From Candidatus Latescibacterota bacterium (lineage in GTDB: Bacteria > Latescibacterota > UBA2968 > UBA8231): a DNA stretch of 64,000 nt. Position 1 is the stretch's first letter. Each line of letters opens with the position of its first letter. The translations under genes and the position numbers were made by a program. The stretch is from NCBI GenBank assembly GCA_965208105.1, contig OZ242318.1, positions 3,520,001-3,584,000 on the forward strand, read 5' to 3'. Shown here one piece after another: positions 10,180 through 18,863 of the stretch. The notes beneath the pieces were generated by a model. It was not told the origin of the DNA. It searched no databases and saw only the letters and a program-made list of their open reading frames with translations.

Positions 10180-12396
10180 ATGCATACGCGAGTGGCGGCT
10201 CTCCTCATCAGCATCTGCTTCTCCCTTCCGGCCTCGGCGCAGAGCAGGGCTCTCATTCAGGGACAGGTGGTCGACGAAGAGCGGCGGCCGATGCCCTTCG
10301 TCAACGTGCAGATCGTCGACACCACCGACGGCACAATTACCGGCCGGGACGGCCGCTTCGCCTTTGCCACCCGGCGCCTTGGACGGCAAGACCTGATCGC
10401 CACCTTCATCGGCTTTGAATCCTCCCGGCGGACCCTGCACTTGACCGCGGGCGATACCACCATGGTGCGCCTGGTGCTGTTGCCCGCCTTCATCGAGCTG
10501 GGCGAAACGGTGGTCACGGCCAGCACCTACAGCACCGGGGAGGAGGAGACCGTTACCCTTTCTCCCCTGGATGTGGTTACGACCCCCGGGGCTTCCGCGG
10601 ATATCTTTCGCGCCTTCAAGACCTTCCCGGGCGTTGCCACCGTGGATGACGGCGCCGGCCTTTTCGTCCGCGGCGGCGACGTGAGCGAGACTGTCGTCCT
10701 GCTCGACCAGGCCACGGTGGTGCATCCTTACAAGTACGAGTCGCCCACAGGGGGAGTATTCGGCACGATCCCTCCCTTCATGGTCCGGGGCACGGCCTTT
10801 TCCACCGGTGGATTCTCCGCCCGCTACGGCAATGCGCTTTCCGCCGTGGTGGCCATGGAGAGCCTGGACATGCCCTTGCAGCTGACCTGTGCGCTCGGTT
10901 TGGGCCTCGCCGCCGCCTCGGTGGGCCTCGACATGCCCCTGGTCGACGACGAGCTGGGCATGCGCTTCACGGGGAATCTCAGCCTTACCGATCTCATGTT
11001 CCGCGTCAACCGCCACCGCGACGAATTCATCACGACTCCACGGGGGCACGACGGCAATCTCAACCTGGTCTACCAGTATTCGTCCAGCGGAAGGCTCAAG
11101 CTCTTCAGCTTCGACGCGGGCGACCGCATCGGCGTGCGCGTGGCCGAGCCCTCGTTCGACGGCCGCTATCGAGGCCGCAGCGACAACAGCCTGCACAATC
11201 TCCAGTGGGAGGATGTATGGGCCGGCTGGTCCATCCTGACCAGCGCCTCGCTCAACCGGCACGAGGCCCGGCGGCGGTTGGGCAACCTGGATTTGACCCC
11301 CCGCGACCTGACCGCCAAGATCCGCACCGACTGGGAACGCCTCCTCGGCGCATCCGGAATCCTGCACCTCGGGAGCGAGGTGGAGCACGCCGGCAACCGC
11401 TTCGTGGGCAGCATCCCCCGGGGGGACATTCTCGATCCCGAGGCCGAGGTCTTCGAGATCGACGCCTCCTACGGCGCCCGGCGCACGGGGGCCTGGTTCG
11501 AGGTCGATTTCAAATCGGCGCGCCGCATTCTCGCCAATGCCGGCATGCGCGCCGACCACCACAGCCTGGGTGGCGGTCTGGCCGTGGACCCGCGCCTGTC
11601 GGCGCGATACCAGCTTTCGGCAGACACGAATGTCCGGCTCGCCTGGGGCATCTATCACCAGTACCCGGCCCCGTTCCAGTACAACCCCACCAGCGGCAAC
11701 CCCGGGCTGGGGACCCAGCGCGCCCAGCACTGGATAGGCGGCCTGCACCACGAACGCGGAAGATTGCTGCTGCGGCTGGAGGGGTACTACAAGCCCTACC
11801 GCAACCTGGTGCTGGACGACGCCGATCTGAACCTTGCGAACACGGGCAGGGGGCGGGCCTCCGGTGTCGACCTCTTCGGCAAGTACGGGGCCTTTCTCGA
11901 TACCCGCTTCAGCGGCTGGATGGCCTACAGTCTGCTGCGCTCGCGCCGGTTGCAGCTGCGCCACCTGGGGTTTGAGACGCGCCGCGAAGAAGCTCCTTCA
12001 CCGTTCGATATCACCCACAACCTGACCGTGGTCGCCAAGGGGAGAATCATCCGCACCCTCAGCGTAGGCCTGACCCTGAGGTACGCCACCGGCCGCCCCG
12101 TCACCCCGATCGCCGGTGCCGTTCCCGTGGAGGGAAGAGGCTACTACCTGCCGGTGGAAGGACCCGTCGGCTCGGAACGGCTGCCCTCTTTTCAACAGCT
12201 GGACGGGCAGTTCAGCTACCTGCTGTTCTTCGGCTCGGGGCACGAGGCGGTCTTCTACCTGGCGATCAACAACCTTCTCGACCGGGCCAATGTGCTCGAC
12301 TACGATTACAGCATCGACTATAGCCGGAGACAGCCGCGCACCTCCCTCTTTCGCCGGTTCATCTACTTCGGCACCACCGTCTACCTGAACTATTGA
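10180..12396 (+). CDS. TonB-dependent receptor
   Basis: Signal peptide, carboxypeptidase-regulatory-like N-domain, plug (PGV...GLFVRGG; STGGFSARYGNALS), NNLLDR, aromatic C-terminus. Confidence 0.9.
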   Translation: MHTRVAALLISICFSLPASAQSRALIQGQVVDEERRPMPFVNVQIVDTTDGTITGRDGRFAFATRRLGRQDLIATFIGFESSRRTLHLTAGDTTMVRLVLLPAFIELGETVVTASTYSTGEEETVTLSPLDVVTTPGASADIFRAFKTFPGVATVDDGAGLFVRGGDVSETVVLLDQATVVHPYKYESPTGGVFGTIPPFMVRGTAFSTGGFSARYGNALSAVVAMESLDMPLQLTCALGLGLAAASVGLDMPLVDDELGMRFTGNLSLTDLMFRVNRHRDEFITTPRGHDGNLNLVYQYSSSGRLKLFSFDAGDRIGVRVAEPSFDGRYRGRSDNSLHNLQWEDVWAGWSILTSASLNRHEARRRLGNLDLTPRDLTAKIRTDWERLLGASGILHLGSEVEHAGNRFVGSIPRGDILDPEAEVFEIDASYGARRTGAWFEVDFKSARRILANAGMRADHHSLGGGLAVDPRLSARYQLSADTNVRLAWGIYHQYPAPFQYNPTSGNPGLGTQRAQHWIGGLHHERGRLLLRLEGYYKPYRNLVLDDADLNLANTGRGRASGVDLFGKYGAFLDTRFSGWMAYSLLRSRRLQLRHLGFETRREEAPSPFDITHNLTVVAKGRIIRTLSVGLTLRYATGRPVTPIAGAVPVEGRGYYLPVEGPVGSERLPSFQQLDGQFSYLLFFGSGHEAVFYLAINNLLDRANVLDYDYSIDYSRRQPRTSLFRRFIYFGTTVYLNY

Positions 12397-12418
12397 CACT
12401 CGACCGAAGGGGCCACGC

Positions 12419-13189
12419 ATGCTGCGCTTTCTGCTCTCACTCGCTTCCGTTTTTTCCATCGCCTTCCCCGCCTTCTCCCAATCGGCCGATTCTCTTCTCG
12501 TCAATGGAAGACAGATGCTGCGCGCCGGTGAAAGCCAGGGGTCCCTCGATGCGATCTACGCGGCCCGGGCCATGTTCGAGCGCGCCCTGGCCGACACCGG
12601 CCTGGCGGCGTGGTCGCACTACTACATCGCCCTGGCCGATTACCGCATGGTCAATCTTCTGCTGGCCGCCGGCGAGGAAAACAAGGACGCCGCTTCCGGG
12701 CACCTGAAGTCCGCGGTCGAGCACTTGCGGGAATCCACCCGGATCGATCCCGGGGCGGCGGAAGCCTTTGCCCTGCTTTCGAGCGCCTACGGCAGGCAGA
12801 TCAGCCTGAGCCCGGCGAAAAGCATTTTCCTGGGTCCCAAGGCGCAGAAGGCCCTGCGGAAAGCCGTGAAGCTCGCCCCCGACAATCCGCGCGTGGTACT
12901 GAGCGCGGCCATCGGCGCTTTCAATACCCCCAAAATGTTCGGCGGCAGCAAGGAAAGGGCCATGCAGGGGCTCCAGCGGGCAACGGAGCTCTTTGCCCGG
13001 GAAGAGCCCTTCGATCCCGTCCAGCCGGTATGGGGGCACAGCCAGACCTACGCCTGGCTCGGGGTCGCCTACATGGACCGCGGTGAGCTGGATTCGGCGC
13101 GCGCGGCATTTGAAAAGGCGCTCGAGATCGACCCGGATTTTGGTTGGGTGAAGTACGTCCTCCTGCCGGAACTGGAGGCGGCCAATTAG
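12419..13189 (+). CDS. Secreted tetratricopeptide-repeat protein
   Basis: Signal peptide; TPR-like motifs A.KLAPDNPR, TPKMFGGSKE.A, ARAAFEKALEIDP. Confidence 0.85.
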   Translation: MLRFLLSLASVFSIAFPAFSQSADSLLVNGRQMLRAGESQGSLDAIYAARAMFERALADTGLAAWSHYYIALADYRMVNLLLAAGEENKDAASGHLKSAVEHLRESTRIDPGAAEAFALLSSAYGRQISLSPAKSIFLGPKAQKALRKAVKLAPDNPRVVLSAAIGAFNTPKMFGGSKERAMQGLQRATELFAREEPFDPVQPVWGHSQTYAWLGVAYMDRGELDSARAAFEKALEIDPDFGWVKYVLLPELEAAN

Positions 13190-13309
13190 CGGCGGTCACT
13201 GCGCGCAGCCGCTTCATCCGCCACGCCGGCAAAATCCTCGTGTTGCACCGGGCCGGTTGCGCGGGGGGCTGCCGCGAAGAGCTCCTGCGATGCACGGCGG
13301 TGCCTGAGG

Positions 13310-13393
13310 GCGGCGGAACCGGCCTGCGGTGGGACTGGACGGTTGCCTGGGCGCGGCGGGACCGGTTTACGGTGGGACTGGACGATTGCCTGG
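13310..13393. repeat. Two-copy tandem repeat, 43-bp period
   Basis: gcggcggaaccggcctgcggtgggactggacggttgcctgg / gcggcgggaccggtttacggtgggactggacgattgcctgg. Confidence 0.7.
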
Positions 13394-13515
13394 CAGGGGC
13401 AGCAGCGCGCCGGGCGGACTCGATTGCCATCTCGGGAGGTGCGGGGCTATCTTATCAACCGCGGAGAATTGCTGCACGATAACCGGGTTGCTGACAAGGC
13501 AGAGAGAAATCGACC

Positions 13516-14319
13516 ATGGTGCAAAGCGCACACCCCGAGTTGAAGAACGTGGACCTCCGGCTGCAGGAGCTGGAGACCCAGGGATACACCATTTTTTCCG
13601 GCTATCTCGACCGGGACACCACGGCCGCGGTCCGCGCCCATATCGACAGCCTCGCGGGCCCGGTCGGGCCCAACGACCAGGGCAGCACGAAGCACGTTCT
13701 GCGCCATCCCATTCCCGGGGAGATCATGGCCCGGCTGGCGAGCCACCCGGCGACCCTCGAGCTGTCGGCGCTGTTGATCGGCTCGCGGGACCTGCGCCTG
13801 CGCGAGCAGGTCCTCGTCCGCAGCGATCCCGATACCCCGCCGTACCAGCCTCCGGCATGGCACATCGACGGGGACTTTTGCCGCCGGGAGTTCGAGGCGG
13901 CGCCGAAGCAGGTCTATTACCAGATGCTGCACTACTGCAGCACGGTGACCAGCGGAGGAGCGGCGTTCATGATCGTGCCGCGGTCGCACAAGTTGTCGCT
14001 GGATGTCGACGAGGTAGCGGACCGCGAAAAGGGAGAGCGCCCCATCCCCGACCTCACCGCCCTGGTCGGCGATGTCAAGGAGGGCGACGGCATCGAAATT
14101 TGCGCCAGCGAGGGCGATGTCATCGTCTTCAATCCCCTGTGCCGCCACGCCGCCTCCGCCAACCGGACCGACCGGCCGCGCTACGTCTATTTCACCTCCT
14201 TCTACCACCCTTCGGCGCAACGGCTTATGAATTTGATGCGCCGGTACGAATACCGCGACAACTTTCCCGACTCCCTGCGCCGGGGCTTGACACCCGAGCT
14301 TCAGGCCATGCTCGACTAG
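13516..14319 (+). CDS. Phytanoyl-CoA dioxygenase (PhyH) family Fe(II)/2OG enzyme
   Basis: QGY, WHID (HxD), VPRSHK, GDVIVFN..CRHAA..N.T..PR. Confidence 0.9.
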   Translation: MVQSAHPELKNVDLRLQELETQGYTIFSGYLDRDTTAAVRAHIDSLAGPVGPNDQGSTKHVLRHPIPGEIMARLASHPATLELSALLIGSRDLRLREQVLVRSDPDTPPYQPPAWHIDGDFCRREFEAAPKQVYYQMLHYCSTVTSGGAAFMIVPRSHKLSLDVDEVADREKGERPIPDLTALVGDVKEGDGIEICASEGDVIVFNPLCRHAASANRTDRPRYVYFTSFYHPSAQRLMNLMRRYEYRDNFPDSLRRGLTPELQAMLD

Positions 14320-14353
14320 TGCCCGCTTGCCCTCATTCTCGCCGCTGGGATCA

Positions 14354-14434
14354 ATGAATAGAGCAAAGATGGTATCTCATCTCGGCGGGATGATTGCCTC
14401 CATTCAACTCGACCATCCAGTTCGCGTCGGATTC
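14354..14434 (+). pseudogene. Possible truncated N-terminus of a uridine-kinase-like protein
   Basis: MNRAKMVSHLGGMIASIQLDHPVRVG resembles the segment preceding the P-loop (HP.RV.IDG); the sequence turns AT-rich and no P-loop follows. Confidence 0.35.
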
Positions 14435-14601
14435 CACCAGAAAATCTCCATGGAATTAAAAACGGAATTATCAGTTAGGAGCTTGACTTTTTTTGTCCGT
14501 CCAGGAAATTCTGGCAGGAAAGGATTTGATACTTTCACCCGATTAGGCAAGCATCAGGACCTTCAAATCGATCTGGGTTTTGAGTGGGAAGGAGAGATGT
14601 G

Positions 14602-15057
14602 ATGAAGGAAAGAATTGCGCTCCTAATGGGGTTTCTCGCCGTGCACGGCTGTGGCGAAGGCGAATCGTCACATAGATCGGAGCCAGGCCCCCCCGAGGTC
14701 AACGTGGTAGTCGACGACGGTCGCGACTGGAGCAACGACCCCTACGTCGTGAACTCGGCCACTATCGACGGACACCTGCTGACTGTCGAAGTCTCGTTCG
14801 GTGGCGGCTGCCGGAGGCATGACTTCACCCTGGTGTTCTCAGAAACGTTCAGGGAGTCTGATCCGGTGCAGCTTTCGGCTGTGCTCGCCCATGATGCGAA
14901 CGGTGATCCCTGCGAGGCTTATCTGACCGAATCCCACGTTTTCGACCTCACCCCGGTCAGGATGCGCTATCAGAAATTCTACGGCCTTGCTTCGGCCCAG
15001 GTCTCCCTGCAAATCGCGGGCGTGACCGGGGACGACCTCCTATACCAATTCGACTAG
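14602..15057 (+). CDS. Lipoprotein (NigD C-terminal-like)
   Basis: Lipobox-like LAVHGC; GGGC..HDF.L, ESDPVQL, H.ANGDPCEA motifs. Confidence 0.75.
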   Translation: MKERIALLMGFLAVHGCGEGESSHRSEPGPPEVNVVVDDGRDWSNDPYVVNSATIDGHLLTVEVSFGGGCRRHDFTLVFSETFRESDPVQLSAVLAHDANGDPCEAYLTESHVFDLTPVRMRYQKFYGLASAQVSLQIAGVTGDDLLYQFD

Positions 15058-15101
15058 CAGCACGAATTAGCCCCTAACTTATCATTCCGACTAAAAATCC
15101 C

Positions 15102-15141
15102 TTGACTTTCCTGCCGTCATACTGTACTATCTAAATAGTGA
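15102..15141 (+). promoter_or_regulatory. Sigma70 promoter and YtrA-type operator
   Basis: TTGACT(15102)-N17-TACTAT(15125); imperfect palindrome ACTAT-CTAA-ATAGT directly upstream of gntR. Confidence 0.7.
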
Positions 15142-15190
15142 ACTAATGTAATGGGACAATTTGAGGCCATGGCCGGGAAGGAGCGAGAAG

Positions 15191-15562
15191 ATGCAGCTCG
15201 ATTTCGATCCCACCCGCCCCATCTATCTGCAGATCATCGAGGCCGTTAAAAAGCGCGCGGTTCAAGGGGTCTATCGAGCCGGGGACTCCTTGCCGTCGGT
15301 GCGGGAAATGGCCACGGAGATGGGGGTGAATCCCAACACCATGTCCAGGGCCTACATGGAGTTGGAGCGCGAAGGGTTCATTACAACGCGGCGTGGCCAG
15401 GGATCGTCGATAACCAAGAGCGCAAAGCGCATCGACAACGAGCGCCGCTCCCTGGCCCGGGCTGCGAGGGAGCGCTTCGTGGCGGAGATGCGCGATTTGG
15501 CCCTCTCACCCGAGCAGATCGACGAATTGATGCGCGAAATCTCAGAGGAGGTGACGCTATGA
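15191..15562 (+). CDS. GntR family regulator, YtrA subfamily
   Basis: PIYLQI, LPSVRE.A..MGVNPNT..RAY.ELE.EG...RGQG; short C-terminal helix. Confidence 0.92.
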   Translation: MQLDFDPTRPIYLQIIEAVKKRAVQGVYRAGDSLPSVREMATEMGVNPNTMSRAYMELEREGFITTRRGQGSSITKSAKRIDNERRSLARAARERFVAEMRDLALSPEQIDELMREISEEVTL

Positions 15563-16248
15563 TAGAAATAAGGAACCTGTGGAAGCGATACGGCGGCGCG
15601 ACGGCCTTGGGAGGCATCTCCCTGAGCGTGGACCGGGGCCGGGTCATGGGCATCCTCGGCGAGAACGGGAGCGGCAAGAGCACCCTCTTCAAGATTCTCG
15701 CCGGCGTCGCTCGCGCCAGCGAAGGCAGCGCGAGCATTGCGGGGCTCCCGGTCGGTGTCCGGACGAGGCGCATCACATCCTACCTGCCCGAGGTCAGTCC
15801 GTTCTACGAATGGATGCGCGTCGAGGAGCAGCTCGAGTTCCTGGCGGCCTTCTTTCCCGGCTGGGACATGGCCAAGTCCCGCGAGCTCCTCGGGCTGATG
15901 AACGTCGACAGCCAACGCAAGGTCGGGGCCTTGTCCGACGGCCAGCGGGCGCGGCTCAAGGTGGTGGCCGCCTTTTCATGGCCGAGCGAGCTGGTTCTGA
16001 TGGACGAGCCCCTGGGACGGATCGACCCGCCGTCGCGCCGGCGCATCCTGGAGACCTTGCTGAGCGAGTTCCGCGCCGGGGAGCAGACGATCCTCATCTC
16101 GACCCACTTGGTCAGCGAGGTGGAAGAGCTGATAGAGGAGGTGGCCTTCCTGCGCCACGGCGAGATAGCAGTCAGCGGCAACATCGAAGCGCTGAGGCAG
16201 GAGCGCGGCATGTCGCTCGGCGACATCTTCGAGGAGGTGGTAGCATGA
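15559..16248 (+). CDS. ABC transporter ATP-binding protein
   Basis: GENGSGKST, LSDGQ signature, LMDEP, STH. Confidence 0.95.
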   Translation: MIEIRNLWKRYGGATALGGISLSVDRGRVMGILGENGSGKSTLFKILAGVARASEGSASIAGLPVGVRTRRITSYLPEVSPFYEWMRVEEQLEFLAAFFPGWDMAKSRELLGLMNVDSQRKVGALSDGQRARLKVVAAFSWPSELVLMDEPLGRIDPPSRRRILETLLSEFRAGEQTILISTHLVSEVEELIEEVAFLRHGEIAVSGNIEALRQERGMSLGDIFEEVVA

Positions 16249-17111
16249 ATACCTGGAATGCGCTTTACCTGAAAGAGCTGAAAGACATCCGCACCCTGTT
16301 CATCCTGCTGGCGCTGGTGACCGTCTTTCTCGAGGTCGTCGCGGTGCTGTCCTTTACCGGCGAGCAGAGCCCCCCGTCGGTACAGTGGTCCACCTCCACG
16401 GAACCCGGCGGAGCTGCCATGTCCATGGACCACCACGAGGGCATGCCGTCGTTCCACTTCCTGTGGAGCCTGGTCCCCTATTCCTTCTTGCTGATCCTGC
16501 CCTTCGCGCTCGGCCACTCCTTCGCCCAGGAGGTGAAGGGGCAGACCCATTACCAGCTCCTCTCCCTGCCCGTATCGCGCGCCAGGATATTCGCGGCCAA
16601 GGCGGCGGCGGTGGCGACCCTCGGGATCGTCATATTCGCCTTGAGCAGCGCCGGTCTCATCGTGGTGCTCGGCGAGTTGCTCGTATTGGCGGCCCGGGTA
16701 CCGGGGGTACGCATTTCCCCGTTCTCCGCTATGGACGTACTGGTTGTCAGCGGGGTGGTCTACTTTTCGGCGATGGCGCTGATGCTGGGCATTGCCGGCG
16801 GTGCCGCCGGCGTGAAGCTGGTAGTGCGGCGCTTTGCCGGCCTCTCCTCCGCGGCATTCGTCATCTTCGTGCTGTACTGCTATTTCAGCCTGTTGCCCGA
16901 GGCGCTCTCCCTGTCCGGGATGCTCGGCGCCTACGAAATGCCGTTCCCGGTCTGGAGTGAAACCACCGCTCCAGGTGGAGGCGCAAAGGTGGTGACCATG
17001 TTGAGGGAATCCATCAAGGTCGATTTCATGATCTTCGCCTGGCCGATCTTCGTCGGACTGGCGGCCATGGGGGTCGGGATGTGGCTGTTCGAGAAGCGGG
17101 CGGAAGCCTGA
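16245..17111 (+). CDS. ABC-2-type permease
   Basis: Starts MNTWNALYLKELK (ATGA overlap); LLSLPVSR..IF.AK motif; about 6 TM. Confidence 0.85.
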   Translation: MNTWNALYLKELKDIRTLFILLALVTVFLEVVAVLSFTGEQSPPSVQWSTSTEPGGAAMSMDHHEGMPSFHFLWSLVPYSFLLILPFALGHSFAQEVKGQTHYQLLSLPVSRARIFAAKAAAVATLGIVIFALSSAGLIVVLGELLVLAARVPGVRISPFSAMDVLVVSGVVYFSAMALMLGIAGGAAGVKLVVRRFAGLSSAAFVIFVLYCYFSLLPEALSLSGMLGAYEMPFPVWSETTAPGGGAKVVTMLRESIKVDFMIFAWPIFVGLAAMGVGMWLFEKRAEA

Positions 17112-17216
17112 AGGAACCTGCTCGATCGGGCGGCAGGTTGACCCGAGGGTCTCAGGGCGGGGCGCGCAGGTCGAGACCAGGACCGAGAGACCCTTCGCCT
17201 GTCAGGATGTCCGGGT

Positions 17217-17609
17217 TTAACCTGCGGCCGCAGCAACCACGGCGCCAAGGGCCTGGTCGAAGGTCCTGACTTCGCGCACCCCGCGCCGGCGGCAACTGGC
17301 AAGGTGGCAGAGGTCCCGGGCGCCAAGGGCGGGATACTGATCGTGAAGCTGCCTGGCCAGGGTGACGTCGTCCTGCTCCAGAGGCCAGACCTCCACCCGG
17401 GACCTGGCAATCAGGGCCATGGCTGCGTCGAGGGCCTGTTTCCGCGCAACCGGGAGGTAGGCGTGCGCCAGCTCCTGCAGGACCTCCGCCGAGGTGCAGA
17501 GAGGGGTGCGGGAGCGGATGCACTCGACGAAGAACTCCCGCGCCGGGTCCCGGAGGGGATGAGGCCGGCCCACCGCGTACATGAAGACGTTGGTATCGAC
17601 GAAGATCAC
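17217..17609 (-). CDS. vapC: VapC PIN-domain toxin
   Basis: MIFVDTNVFMYA, EVLQE, RD..HLA, TFD. Confidence 0.92.
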   Translation of the reverse strand: MIFVDTNVFMYAVGRPHPLRDPAREFFVECIRSRTPLCTSAEVLQELAHAYLPVARKQALDAAMALIARSRVEVWPLEQDDVTLARQLHDQYPALGARDLCHLASCRRRGVREVRTFDQALGAVVAAAAG

Positions 17610-17881
17610 GTTTTCGACGCGCCCCGTTGCCGCGATTCGTCAATAACCCCCATGTGCTCCTCCCAGTCCGGCTCCCGCCTGGGGCCCTCCAACCCGTCGC
17701 AGGACTGGAAGAACTCCTCTAGGTCGGCAGGGGATTCAAAGGTGTTGGACCGCTGCTTTTCCCGAAGCCGCTGGCGGGCCGCGCTCCTGAGCCAGGCACT
17801 CAGGGTCATGCCCTCGCTCCGCGCCTGATGGACGAAACGATCGCGGTCCTCGTCGGGAATCACAAGCTGAACTCTGGCCAT
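17606..17881 (-). CDS. VapB-type antitoxin (RHH-like)
   Basis: MARVQLVIPDED...A..EG.TLSAWLR.AA; overlaps the vapC start. Confidence 0.8.
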   Translation of the reverse strand: MARVQLVIPDEDRDRFVHQARSEGMTLSAWLRSAARQRLREKQRSNTFESPADLEEFFQSCDGLEGPRREPDWEEHMGVIDESRQRGASKT

Positions 17882-18044
17882 CCTTCTCATCCGCCTTTCT
17901 TGTGAGCGTGTGTATAGACAATACACATTCCAGTGCTGAGGGTCAATCCTCATTCAGCGAGGTCGCTGCGCTGTGGTCTGGTGATAAAGATAGGCCGTCG
18001 CTCAAGGCCGGGCGGCGCTCCGACGGATCACAGGACGCCATCCG

Positions 18045-18347
18045 TCAATAATGATAGCGTGCCTGCAAGAAATCCACGCGTTCTCCGCTTACCAAATACA
18101 CCAGGCGATGTTCTTCCGTAAGGCGCCGCGACCAGGTTCCGGATGGGAGGTATTTGAGGGGTTCAGGTTTGCCGATTCCTGAGAATGGGTCGCGCAGCAC
18201 GGCCTGGATCAGGTCAAAAGCGCGCAGGGCTATTTTGCGGTTTGTATGTACCCAGAAACGCAGGTCTTCAACGAATTCAGGATGAAATACCCCTGTCCAC
18301 TGGCGAGCGGTGGGAGTGTTCCTCTTTTTAATTTTCTTCTTCGACAA
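18045..18347 (-). CDS. yoeB: Txe/YoeB toxin
   Basis: PF.GIGKPEPLKY...WSRR.T.EHRLVY...RYHY. Confidence 0.95.
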   Translation of the reverse strand: MSKKKIKKRNTPTARQWTGVFHPEFVEDLRFWVHTNRKIALRAFDLIQAVLRDPFSGIGKPEPLKYLPSGTWSRRLTEEHRLVYLVSGERVDFLQARYHY

Positions 18348-18618
18348 GACCGAGTTTACGGCGCAGTTCTTCTATGGAGGAAGGAGACAATTTCCGGCTC
18401 TGGGCGCGGTTGATCGCGGTGAGAAGGCGCTCGGCGTTTTTGGGCGATCTGAGGAGATGCACGGTCTCCAGGAGGCCGGCTAATTCGTCGGCTGAGACCA
18501 GCGCCACGTCTTCGGCATTGCGCCGCCGGATGATCACGGGCTCGCGGGTGGAGGCAACCTCGTCGCAGAGCGATGCGAGTTCTGCCCTGGCCTGGGTATA
18601 GGTGGTGATGGTGGTCAT
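18328..18618 (-). CDS. yefM: Phd/YefM antitoxin
   Basis: TYTQARA.LA..CD.V....EPVII.R, ET.HLLRSPKNA.RL. Confidence 0.95.
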   Translation of the reverse strand: MTTITTYTQARAELASLCDEVASTREPVIIRRRNAEDVALVSADELAGLLETVHLLRSPKNAERLLTAINRAQSRKLSPSSIEELRRKLGLVEEEN

Positions 18619-18636
18619 TTCATTCTCCCATGAATA

Positions 18637-18675
18637 TGTACAGGATCAATGTACGTGTAGGGGAAATCCTGTCAA
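18637..18675 (-). promoter_or_regulatory. yefM-yoeB promoter with TGTACA-type operator
   Basis: Minus-strand TTGACA (18675-18670)-N16-TACATT; TGTACA at 18637 and TGTACG at 18650 resemble the known YefM operator core. Confidence 0.65.
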
Positions 18676-18863
18676 CTTTTCGGATATCTTTCTCGCCTGG
18701 AAGCTATTGAGGGAGCTCCCGGCGTGGAACTATATTGGTGGAAGTTGCTATCGCAATGCCCGGTTATCCAGTTTTGGCGAGGCTCAATAGCCTTTCCGTA
18801 TCCCAGCCCTGTCATCAAACTAGTCGCCACCGGCCCCACCTCTCAATAGAAAGAACACCGACC

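Noticed and set aside
13310-13393. Possible mini-CRISPR
   Set aside because: Only two abutting units, no spacer and no cas genes
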